From Actinomycetota bacterium (GTDB taxonomy: Bacteria > Actinomycetota > Actinomycetes > S36-B12 > UBA5976): a stretch of DNA of 64,000 nt. The position numbers were made by a program, and so were the translations under genes. Location of the stretch: the NCBI GenBank assembly GCA_947452755.1, contig CANGDT010000003.1, positions 37,074 to 101,073 on the forward strand, read 5' to 3'. Below, in pieces: positions 22,837 through 30,308 of this stretch. The notes below the pieces were generated by a model. The model did not search any database and was not told the DNA's origin. It worked only from the letters and a program-made list of their open reading frames with translations. Position 1 is the first letter of the stretch. Every line of letters begins with the position of its first letter.

Positions 22837-22910
22837 TGCCCTGGGTGGGATTCGAACCCACACTGAACGGTGTTTGAGACCGCGCTCTCTGCCAGTTGGA
22901 GTACCAGGGC
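22837..22910 (-). tRNA. tRNA with hand-folded anticodon CAA (Leu); atypical because the variable loop is only 5 nt
   Basis: Minus-strand read: GCCCTGG TA CTC CAACTGGCAGA GAG C GCGGT CTCAAAC ACCGT TCAGT GTGGG TTCGAAT CCCAC CCAGGGC A. It has a perfect 7-bp acceptor stem, a canonical T arm (GTTCGAATC), U8, A14, G18G19, U33 and A37. CCA is not encoded. Confidence 0.85.
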
Positions 22911-22968
22911 GTACGACATACTTTAGTGCATCACGGACATGTCGTTGTTCGCGCCGTAGGCTAAGAGC

Positions 22969-23541
22969 ATGAATGACGTACGGGTAGTGATTGCTGATGA
23001 TGAAGCAATCATCCGAATGGACCTTGTCGAAACTCTGACCGCAGCGGGCTATACCGTTGTCGGCCAGGCAAGCGACGGTCAAGCAGCGCTGACAGTCATC
23101 GAAGAGACACAGCCGGATGTGGCTATTTTGGACATTAAGATGCCGCTGCTGGATGGCATTGAAGCCGCCAGAACTCTTCGCCACAAGGTCCCAGTTGTTC
23201 TGCTAACCGCATTCGGACAGAGTGACATCATTTCGCAAGCAACAGATGCCGGCGTTATGGCATACGTGCTGAAGCCATTCTCTGAAGGCGATGTCGTCGC
23301 CGCTATTGAGATTGCACGAATGCGCTTTGCTGAGTACGCAGAGCTTGCGAACGATCGTGATGGTCTGGCCGACACGTTAGAAACTAGGAAGCTTCTCGAT
23401 CGGGCCAAGGGTCTACTCCAGCAGAAGCTGTCAATCACAGAACCGGAAGCATTCCGATGGATTCAAAAGGCAGCAATGGATCGTCGACTTTCCGTCAAGG
23501 AAGTTGCTGAAGGAATCATCACAGAGCTGGGGGGCTCTTAA
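22969..23541 (+). CDS. pdtaR: ANTAR-domain response regulator (PdtaR-like)
   Basis: 190 aa. CheY-like receiver (VVIADDEAIIRMDL...DVAILDIKMP) plus a C-terminal ANTAR domain (RKLLDRAKGLLQQKLSITEPEAFRWIQKAAMDRRLSVKEVAEGI). Confidence 0.85.
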   Translation: MNDVRVVIADDEAIIRMDLVETLTAAGYTVVGQASDGQAALTVIEETQPDVAILDIKMPLLDGIEAARTLRHKVPVVLLTAFGQSDIISQATDAGVMAYVLKPFSEGDVVAAIEIARMRFAEYAELANDRDGLADTLETRKLLDRAKGLLQQKLSITEPEAFRWIQKAAMDRRLSVKEVAEGIITELGGS

Positions 23542-23545
23542 CACC

Positions 23546-24127
23546 GTGCCCGAAATCGTGCCTGCAGGTTTGAACCCCTGGACAATTCCAAATGCATTGA
23601 GTTTTGCGCGACTCATGGGCGTCCCTGTTTTTTTCTGGCTGATAGTCGGGTCGCATCGAGACGGTTTGGCTCTTGCCGTTCTTATCGTCAGCTCATTTAC
23701 AGACTGGCTAGACGGATATTTGGCACGCAGATTGAACCAACACAGTCGACTAGGGGAGTTACTTGATCCTGCTGCGGATCGGCTCTACACGTTGGCCGCA
23801 TTAATTGCATTATTGGTTCGCGATCTCATCCCACTGTGGTTTGTTGTTCTGTTGTTGTCGCGTGACGTTGTCATGATTGTTGTGCTTGCTCGCCTGAAGA
23901 AACATGGCATCACAGGAATCCCGGTCAATTTTGTAGGCAAGGCTGCAACCATGAACTTGCTTTATGCACTTCCGCTCCTATTGATGAGTACATTTTCAGG
24001 TTCTGTGGGCATGTTTGCGCATCACTTTGGCTGGGCATTCTTAATCTGGGGCGTGTGCATGTACTGGTACTCGGCAGTCATTTACATTGGTCAGGCAGCA
24101 AGGTTTGTGAAGGAGGTGAACGCGTGA
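23546..24127 (+). CDS. CDP-alcohol phosphatidyltransferase (PgsA2/cardiolipin-synthase-like)
   Basis: Motif DWLDGYLARRLNQHSRLGELLDPAADR (D-G-x2-A-R...G-x3-D-x3-D). GTG at 23546 is chosen because the track start at 23504 overlaps pdtaR. Synteny matches the M. tuberculosis pgsA2-gcvH block. Confidence 0.8.
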   Translation: MPEIVPAGLNPWTIPNALSFARLMGVPVFFWLIVGSHRDGLALAVLIVSSFTDWLDGYLARRLNQHSRLGELLDPAADRLYTLAALIALLVRDLIPLWFVVLLLSRDVVMIVVLARLKKHGITGIPVNFVGKAATMNLLYALPLLLMSTFSGSVGMFAHHFGWAFLIWGVCMYWYSAVIYIGQAARFVKEVNA

Positions 24128-24954
24128 CGAGTGGCGAAAAAGCAACATCGATAGTGGGGGACATGAATGCGTCCATGGATGCTCTGCTCGCTGATGCGGT
24201 CACATCCGATTATGGACGAATCCCGGCCACGGCACCCGTTGATTACCGCAGGCATCCGGCTGCGATGGCACTGACAATTGGTTGTGCGATTGCATTGACA
24301 TTTGTGCTGAGCCTCGGGCTCACACAGAACCGTAAAAATGCTGCCGCTAATGACGGCACTCGACAACAGCTTGTGGCGCGAGTAGAGACCGCCGACCGCA
24401 GAGTCTCTGCGCTGGAAGCGCGAGTTACCCAAGCCCAACGCGATCTTCAGGCAGCTGAGAACGCAAAACTTGCCGGCACGTCCTTAGGCACACAGGCACA
24501 GATCAAACTCAATCGCTTGCGTAAAGCAGTGGGCTTCACACCAATGATTGGCAATGGTGTTCAGGTGAGTCTCAGTGATGCGCCATCAGATCCAACATCA
24601 ACATCAGCTACATCACCTGGAACAGTAATGGACCGTGACATTCAGATGGTCGTCAACGGACTATGGGAATCCGGTGCTACGGGAGTCACTGTCAACAATC
24701 GGCGGTTAACCACTTCGTCGGCAATCAGAACTGCTGGCTCCGCAATCCTGGTCGACTACCGCCCCTTGGTCCCGCCATACATTGTCACGGCTGTGGCGCC
24801 AGATGCGGATGCACTCGCTGGAAGGTTCCGCGACGGACAAGCAGGACTTCTTCTTGAGCAACTTCAAGCACGTTACGGCGTAGTCTGGGACCTACAGACC
24901 ATTGGCCAAACGACTTTGCCTGCTGCCACCAACAACTACATCGGAGGAAATTAG
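24124..24954 (+). CDS. DUF881 domain-containing membrane protein
   Basis: One TM, a coiled-coil region, then a DUF881-type C-terminal domain (GVQVSLSD...DRDIQMVVNGLWESGATGVTVNNRRL). GTG at 24124 overlaps the upstream stop. Confidence 0.75.
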   Translation: MTSGEKATSIVGDMNASMDALLADAVTSDYGRIPATAPVDYRRHPAAMALTIGCAIALTFVLSLGLTQNRKNAAANDGTRQQLVARVETADRRVSALEARVTQAQRDLQAAENAKLAGTSLGTQAQIKLNRLRKAVGFTPMIGNGVQVSLSDAPSDPTSTSATSPGTVMDRDIQMVVNGLWESGATGVTVNNRRLTTSSAIRTAGSAILVDYRPLVPPYIVTAVAPDADALAGRFRDGQAGLLLEQLQARYGVVWDLQTIGQTTLPAATNNYIGGN

Positions 24955-25287
24955 ATGATTCCGGCCATCGGACTACTCGTCGGTGTCTTACTTGGACTCC
25001 TATTGCACCCAACTGTTCCCATGTGGCTTCAGCCTTATCTGCCCATCGCTGTAGTTGCGGCTCTTGACGCTGTTTTTGGGGCGTTCCGGTCCGTACTCGA
25101 TGGAATCTTTAACGACCGTATTTTTGTTATCTCATTCCTGTCCAATGTCTTGGTCGCTGCGCTGATTGTTTTCCTTGGTGATCAACTAGGTGTTGGTTCT
25201 CAAATGTCCACTGGTGTTGTGGTCGTGCTCTCAATGCGAATCTTCGCAAACGTTGCCGCCATCCGTCGTCACCTTTTCAAGGCCTGA
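24955..25287 (+). CDS. small basic membrane protein (DUF1290/Sbp family)
   Basis: 110 aa with 3-4 TM segments. It lies between two DUF881 genes, as in other Actinobacteria and Firmicutes. Confidence 0.7.
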   Translation: MIPAIGLLVGVLLGLLLHPTVPMWLQPYLPIAVVAALDAVFGAFRSVLDGIFNDRIFVISFLSNVLVAALIVFLGDQLGVGSQMSTGVVVVLSMRIFANVAAIRRHLFKA

Positions 25288-25288
25288 C

Positions 25289-26017
25289 ATGGGACAACAC
25301 TCGTCACCACGTCCCGCTAGAACGGCGGCTGAAGCGCGGTTCCGGCTGCGGCGTTCACTCATGCCACGAATGAGTGGAACACAGGTCACGATAACCATCC
25401 TGTTGGTGACTCTCGGGTTCATGACGACGGCCGCAATCAGCGGAACTGGTGCGAACTCGCTGCTGGCTAATGCTCGTCAGAGCGATTTGGTCAGCGTCCT
25501 AGATGACTTAGCCCAACGCGAGGCAAGATTGCAGTCCGAGGTGACCCGACTGGAAAATGCGCGTGAGACACTCCTCGGTGGTGACCAGTTTCAAGCGCTC
25601 AACGAAGCCAAAAGTCGTGCACAGGCGCTCTCGCTCTTGGCTGGCTCAACCAGCGTGGTCGGACCTGGAGTTCGGGTAGCAATTTCCGGAAACATTAGTT
25701 CCTCGACGATGTTGGATGCCATCCAAGAATTGCGCGATGGGGGAGCCACAGCCATCCAGGTGTCGGATAAGGACCTTGCCATCCGAGTTGTTGCCAATAC
25801 GTGGTTTGCCGACAGTCCGGATGGGGTGACTGTTTCAGGAACTGCGTTGAAGGTTCCACTTGAGATTCTCGTGGTCGGGGACAGTTCGGTTCTGGTACCA
25901 GCTCTTCAAATTCCGGGTGGCTTAGTGGACACAATCGGCTCAGGTGGCGGAAATGTCTCAATTACGCCAACAAGTGACGTGGAGATTAATTCGGTCGTGC
26001 CCCTGCCAGGCAACTAG
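25289..26017 (+). CDS. DUF881 domain-containing membrane protein
   Basis: Paralogue of 24124-24954 (GVRVAISGN...LDAIQELRDGGATAIQVSDKDL). ATG at 25289 is chosen; the track start at 25190 overlaps the sbp gene. Confidence 0.75.
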   Translation: MGQHSSPRPARTAAEARFRLRRSLMPRMSGTQVTITILLVTLGFMTTAAISGTGANSLLANARQSDLVSVLDDLAQREARLQSEVTRLENARETLLGGDQFQALNEAKSRAQALSLLAGSTSVVGPGVRVAISGNISSSTMLDAIQELRDGGATAIQVSDKDLAIRVVANTWFADSPDGVTVSGTALKVPLEILVVGDSSVLVPALQIPGGLVDTIGSGGGNVSITPTSDVEINSVVPLPGN

Positions 26018-26023
26018 TTACCG

Positions 26024-26032
26024 TGGCATAAT
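26024..26032 (+). promoter_or_regulatory. extended -10-like element (TGgCATAAT) 8 nt upstream of the gcvH ATG; possible leaderless transcript
   Basis: TG at 26024-26025 and CATAAT at 26027-26032. There is no Shine-Dalgarno sequence in 26033-26040. The ATG is at 26041. Confidence 0.35.
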
Positions 26033-26040
26033 CTTGAACC

Positions 26041-26430
26041 ATGAGTAACGTACCTGCAGACCTTTGCTACACCGCTGAACATGAGTGGGTAAAAGTTGTT
26101 GACGCAACAACTATCCGTTTCGGAATTACTGACTATGCGCAAGACGCACTTGGCGACATCGTGTTTGTCAGCCTTCCTACCGTTGGATCACAGCTTGAAG
26201 CTGGCGTGTCTTGCGGAGAAGTCGAATCAACAAAGAGTGTGAGCGATATTTACGCCCCAGTTGCTGGAGTCGTATCTGCCAACAACAGCGTTGCTGAAAC
26301 CGCTCCAGATACTTTGAACACAGACCCATACGGCAACGGTTGGATTGCAGACGTAACGGTGGCGGACGCGGATGCGTTGTGCTCTTCGTTGCTCACCGCG
26401 GATGCCTACATCGCGTTAACTTCTGCGTAA
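26041..26430 (+). CDS. gcvH: glycine cleavage system protein H
   Basis: 129 aa. YTAEHEWV, lipoyl-lysine motif GEVESTKSVSDIYAPV. Confidence 0.95.
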   Translation: MSNVPADLCYTAEHEWVKVVDATTIRFGITDYAQDALGDIVFVSLPTVGSQLEAGVSCGEVESTKSVSDIYAPVAGVVSANNSVAETAPDTLNTDPYGNGWIADVTVADADALCSSLLTADAYIALTSA

Positions 26431-26452
26431 TTGGATCTGAGGAGACTCTGAT

Positions 26453-26932
26453 ATGGATCGTTGCCTTGTGTGCGGCAGTGCTGCTGAACCAACAGACCGC
26501 TTTTGTGCGTCGTGTGGAGCATCATTGTCGTTAGCCAACGAACCCACCGGTGTTATTCCACTTCCTGAATCAGAGGCCTCAAGCGACGAGCTGACTAGTG
26601 GTCTGGAGGACATTGCCAGCGGCACCGCAGTTCTTGTCGTGCACAAGGGTCCTATGGAAGGGGTCCGTTTCACCGTTGACTCACACGTCAACAACCCAGT
26701 GACAATCGGGCGCTCGACAGATAGCACGATTTTTCTTGATGACGTCACTGTGTCGCGTCAACACGCAAAGCTTTCGTTCTCCGATGGCCAATGGACACTA
26801 GAAGATGCCGGCAGCCTCAACGGAACTTATGTCAATCGTGACCGGGTCGCACTACACGTGCTCTCAGATCGTGATGAACTGCAAGTGGGTAAGTATCGAT
26901 TTGTGTTTGTCACTTCAGCAGGCAAGAGTTAG
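26453..26932 (+). CDS. FHA-domain protein, GarA/OdhI-like, with N-terminal zinc ribbon
   Basis: The C-terminal FHA domain is very close to GarA/OdhI (IGRSTDSTIFLDDVTVSRQHAKL...GSLNGTYVNR...LQVGKYRFVF). The N-terminus carries CLVCG-x10-CASCG. Syntenic position after gcvH. Confidence 0.85.
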   Translation: MDRCLVCGSAAEPTDRFCASCGASLSLANEPTGVIPLPESEASSDELTSGLEDIASGTAVLVVHKGPMEGVRFTVDSHVNNPVTIGRSTDSTIFLDDVTVSRQHAKLSFSDGQWTLEDAGSLNGTYVNRDRVALHVLSDRDELQVGKYRFVFVTSAGKS

Positions 26933-26935
26933 TCC

Positions 26936-27658
26936 GTGCCCGCTTCCCGCAAATCATATTCTGAGTCAGAGTTACTCACCATTGGTGTAGTTCTGACACA
27001 GTTGCGCGACGAATTCCCAGAGATTTCAATTTCGAAGATTCGTTTTCTCGAAAGCAGTGGCCTTGTCACACCGACTCGCACAGCCAGTGGTTACCGCAAA
27101 TTTTCGCTCGTAGATGTTGAGCACCTTAAATATATTCTGCGTATGCAGCGCGACTACTTCCTGCCGCTACGGGTCATCAAGGAGCACATCGATGCAATCT
27201 CACGAGGGCTCGAACCACCAGCAGTTGTAGAAACCGCTCCGAGACCACCACGTAATCTCGTCAGCACCGATTCGATTGAAACAAATTCCGCGCCACACGT
27301 TCGTCTGACTCGCGATGAACTTGAAGACGCCACTGGCGTTGACTCAGTGCTCATTGATTCACTTGTTGATTTTGGTTTGCTCACTGCAGATTCCAGTGGT
27401 TATTTCGCGTCGAGCGCGCTTGCAATCGTTGAAACTGCCCGCGCACTCAACGAGTTCGGTCTTGAACCTCGACATTTAAAAACTGTCATGTCTTCGGCCT
27501 CACGTGAAGTCGATTTATTTGCTCCTATTCTCAAATCTGCCCGTCGCGGTTCATCCACGTCGCGTGCCGAAACCGACGAAATCAAACTCCAACTCGCTAA
27601 TGGCATGGTGCGACTGCACCAGCTTTTCGTTCGCGAATTGACCGAGCGCCTCGACTAG
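26936..27658 (+). CDS. ftsR: MerR-family transcriptional regulator (FtsR-like, garA-adjacent)
   Basis: 240 aa. MerR HTH (LTIGVVLTQLRDEFPEISISKIRFLESSGLVTPTRTASGYRKFS). Conserved position after the FHA gene. Confidence 0.7.
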   Translation: MPASRKSYSESELLTIGVVLTQLRDEFPEISISKIRFLESSGLVTPTRTASGYRKFSLVDVEHLKYILRMQRDYFLPLRVIKEHIDAISRGLEPPAVVETAPRPPRNLVSTDSIETNSAPHVRLTRDELEDATGVDSVLIDSLVDFGLLTADSSGYFASSALAIVETARALNEFGLEPRHLKTVMSSASREVDLFAPILKSARRGSSTSRAETDEIKLQLANGMVRLHQLFVRELTERLD

Positions 27659-27681
27659 GTAAAGACCGTAGACTAAGAGTT

Positions 27682-28161
27682 ATGGTCCAGGTCGAGGTTG
27701 TAGGTGTGCAGTATGAACTGCCGGCAAACCAGCCTGTACTCATACTTAAGGACGAGGATTCCAGTCGCTATCTTCCACTTTGGATCGGCAACTCTGAAGC
27801 CAACGCAATTGCCATATCGCTCGAAGGCGTAGTTCCAAGCCGTCCCTTGACCCACGATTTGCTTGCCGACATCATCGAATCACTTGGTGAGCAACTCGTT
27901 TCGGTCACAATCAGCGAATTGATTGACGGCGTTTTTTTCGCAAAGTTGGACTTTACAAATGCTGACGCATTGAGTGCGCGTCCTTCGGATGCGGTTGCGT
28001 TAGCCATCCGAGTAGGGGTGCCAGTCTTTGTTGCCGATGAAGTCATGGACGAGGCTGCACTAGATATGCCGGACGAGGACGAAGAGTTCGCAGAGGAAAG
28101 CGACGAGGTAGAAGCATTTCGTGCATTCCTTGAAGAGATTAATCCCGAAGACTTCAGCTAA
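27682..28161 (+). CDS. bifunctional nuclease family protein (DUF151/BFN)
   Basis: 159 aa. QPVLILKDEDSSRYLPLWIGNSEANAIA...RPLTHDLL is the typical BFN domain, followed by an acidic tail. Confidence 0.8.
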   Translation: MVQVEVVGVQYELPANQPVLILKDEDSSRYLPLWIGNSEANAIAISLEGVVPSRPLTHDLLADIIESLGEQLVSVTISELIDGVFFAKLDFTNADALSARPSDAVALAIRVGVPVFVADEVMDEAALDMPDEDEEFAEESDEVEAFRAFLEEINPEDFS

Positions 28162-28248
28162 TTCCTGCAAAACTTGTGGCCTAGTCGACCGACCTATTCA
28201 TGCATTAAACTGCACAGACATCGTTTGATGCAGATTGATAGGACATAC

Positions 28249-29238
28249 ATGGCAGTCACTATTCGTGAGGTCGCTCAACGCGCCGACGTCAGTATCGCCA
28301 CTGTCAGTCGCGCACTGCGTGGGCATTCGTCGGTTTCACCCGTGACCCGCGAAAGGGTAGAGGCAGCTGCCGCCGAACTCGGCTACACCTTGCCGTACCG
28401 TCCTGAAACAAGTAACTCAAGCCGTGCACTGCGCGTCGGGGTCATCATGCCGTACATCGGGCGCTGGTATTTTTCGCGCGTTCTCGCTGGAATTGAAAGT
28501 GCCTTAGGCGACCGCGAAAGTAATGTCATTGTCTTTCGACCTTTCGATCGGCAGGGGCGTCGTCGCGATTTTCTCGACATCCTTGACCCCAGCGTTCTCG
28601 ACGCGGCAATTATCGTCACGTTGGCGGTGTCCGAGCGAGAAGTTGAAGCATGCCGCGAACGTGGCATCAGCCTGTCACTATTGGGTACGACATATCCCGG
28701 TGTGCCGAATGTTCGCATCGACGACATCGCGGCTTGTCGCACTCTGACCCAACACTTCATTGACTATGGGCACACTCGCATTGGGTATGTCGGCAACCAA
28801 ACATTTGATGCGGTCCCGCGACAGGTCTCTGAAGACCGCCAGCTCGGTTACCAGCAGGCCCATGAAGCCAATGGCATGAAAATCGAAAGTGACCTCCTCG
28901 TGAAAACCGACTTTTCAATTACCGGAGCATCTCGCGCAGTGGACAAGTTGTTGTCGCTTGATAACCCACCAACTGCAATCGTCGCAGAGAGTGACGAACT
29001 CGCTTTCGGGGTAATCACGGCGGCGCAATCACACGGGCTGAGGATTCCAGGCGATCTCTCAGTCGGCGGCATCGACGATCATGATGTCTCTGAAGCGCTA
29101 GGGCTAACAACAATTGCACAGCCTGTTGACTCCCTTGGCGAGGTTGCGGCCTGGCAAGCAATCGCTGGGGCTGAAGCCACAGCGTCGGTAGAAATGCCAA
29201 CGTCGCTCATTATTCGCGCCTCATCGCTACGGATTTAG
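28249..29238 (+). CDS. LacI-family transcriptional regulator
   Basis: N-terminal HTH TIREVAQRADVSIATVSRALRG plus a periplasmic-binding-protein-like sugar-binding core. ATG at 28249 is preferred over the track start at 28174. Confidence 0.85.
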   Translation: MAVTIREVAQRADVSIATVSRALRGHSSVSPVTRERVEAAAAELGYTLPYRPETSNSSRALRVGVIMPYIGRWYFSRVLAGIESALGDRESNVIVFRPFDRQGRRRDFLDILDPSVLDAAIIVTLAVSEREVEACRERGISLSLLGTTYPGVPNVRIDDIAACRTLTQHFIDYGHTRIGYVGNQTFDAVPRQVSEDRQLGYQQAHEANGMKIESDLLVKTDFSITGASRAVDKLLSLDNPPTAIVAESDELAFGVITAAQSHGLRIPGDLSVGGIDDHDVSEALGLTTIAQPVDSLGEVAAWQAIAGAEATASVEMPTSLIIRASSLRI

Positions 29239-29359
29239 TCCGCACACTAAAACAGCCTGTTTTCGGGGCAATCCAAACCCTCAAGTAGGCGAGCAGAGTC
29301 CGCAAAAGTCTCAATCTCTACTTGAGCCTTAATTTCGGCGTGTCGCTGACCATATGTCT

Positions 29360-29388
29360 TTGACCCAAGCCTGCCAAAGTCCTACTGT
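29360..29388 (+). promoter_or_regulatory. sigma-A-like promoter candidate for the downstream MerR gene (TTGACC-N17-TACTGT)
   Basis: TTGACC at 29360-29365, a 17-nt spacer, and TACTGT at 29383-29388. AGGAG lies 7 nt before the ATG at 29453. Confidence 0.4.
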
Positions 29389-29452
29389 GAGGGACACAGG
29401 TTCTTTTCGCATCTTCCCCAAAGATGCCCTGAGTAAGCCCAGGAGCATACGA

Positions 29453-30055
29453 ATGACATTTAACGACCAGGACGTCGACACTAACGACCAGTCCGAAGTT
29501 GCTCGTATAGCTGCTCAGTTGCTTGCTGAAGAACAAGGATTAATCAACGGCCCATCCCTAGCCGAAGTCGGCTACCGCGGACCAGTGGCTGCTGGGGTAG
29601 TGGGCATTACATACCGCCAGCTCGATTATTGGGCACGTACTGCACTTGTTGAACCAACTGTCCGTCCAGCGACAGGATCGGGTACCTCGCGACTATATGG
29701 GTTCCGCGATATTTTGGAATTGAAAATTGTTAAGCGTCTTCTGGATACCGGTGTATCACTTCAGCAAATTCGTACAGCTGTTGAACACCTTCGGGCACGC
29801 GGTACGACTGACCTAACTCAGGTAACCCTTATGAGTGATGGGGCTTCGGTTTATGAATGCACCTCGCCCGACGAGGTCATTGACCTTTTGGCCGGCGGTC
29901 AGGGAGTATTCGGCATCGCTGTAGGTCGTGTCTGGCAAGAAGTTGAAGGCAGCCTGGCGCAATTGCCCGGTGAGCGCACAATGTCTCCTGAAGAATTCAA
30001 CGAAGGCACCGACGAACTGGCAGCACGTCGCCGCGCCCGCGCAATTGGTGAATAA
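29453..30055 (+). CDS. MerR-family transcriptional regulator (M. tuberculosis Rv1830-like)
   Basis: MerR HTH (VGITYRQLDYWARTALVEPTVRPATGSGTSRLYGFRDILELKIVKRLLDTGVSLQQIR). The start at 29453 has a good SD. The track start at 29354 would lie upstream of the candidate promoter. Confidence 0.8.
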   Translation: MTFNDQDVDTNDQSEVARIAAQLLAEEQGLINGPSLAEVGYRGPVAAGVVGITYRQLDYWARTALVEPTVRPATGSGTSRLYGFRDILELKIVKRLLDTGVSLQQIRTAVEHLRARGTTDLTQVTLMSDGASVYECTSPDEVIDLLAGGQGVFGIAVGRVWQEVEGSLAQLPGERTMSPEEFNEGTDELAARRRARAIGE

Positions 30056-30142
30056 GCCAAACCTCGTACTCAATTCTTTGCCAGGGTATGGCAGGTAATC
30101 CAACGCGTCTCCACAATGTGGGACTACGATGTAGTTGCTGAT

Positions 30143-30300
30143 GATTCCGCGAGGGAGAGATCGCACAGCCAGTGCGACGCCGACGGGGCAATGCTCCCCA
30201 GAACCTCTCAGGCAAAAGGACTTCATGGAATCGGCGCCTCTGAAATATTCATGACAGAGGGGGAGAGTCGTTCGCGACTATTCCTTCTATCGTTTGCCGA
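30143..30300 (+). promoter_or_regulatory. glycine riboswitch (one canonical aptamer plus a degenerate second unit) in the gcvP leader
   Basis: P1 is GATTCC (30143-30148) paired with GGAATC (30227-30232). The core reads GGGAGAG-ATCGCAC..GTGCGA-CGCCGACGGGGCAA-...-CCTCTCAGGCAAAAGGAC and matches the conserved glycine-aptamer motifs almost base for base. A second GGGGGAGAG plus a small hairpin follows at about 30259-30280. Confidence 0.85.
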
Positions 30301-30308
30301 GGTTGCCC

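Noticed and set aside
22770-22968. The tRNA locus as an integration hotspot for a genomic island.
   Set aside because: I noticed no integrase, no direct repeat of the tRNA 3' half, and no foreign-looking genes on either side. Both flanks are conserved housekeeping genes.
22710-23184. Two minus-strand ORFs (69 aa and 129 aa) spanning the nusB-pdtaR spacer.
   Set aside because: They run through the tRNA gene and through pdtaR in antisense. The region is better explained by the tRNA and pdtaR.
30233-30308. A full second glycine aptamer, which would make this a tandem riboswitch.
   Set aside because: Only the GGAGAG box and a short hairpin are recognisable. I could not find the second CACCGAAGGGGCAA-type core or the CUCAGG...GGAC closing motif, so I call one aptamer and describe the rest as degenerate.
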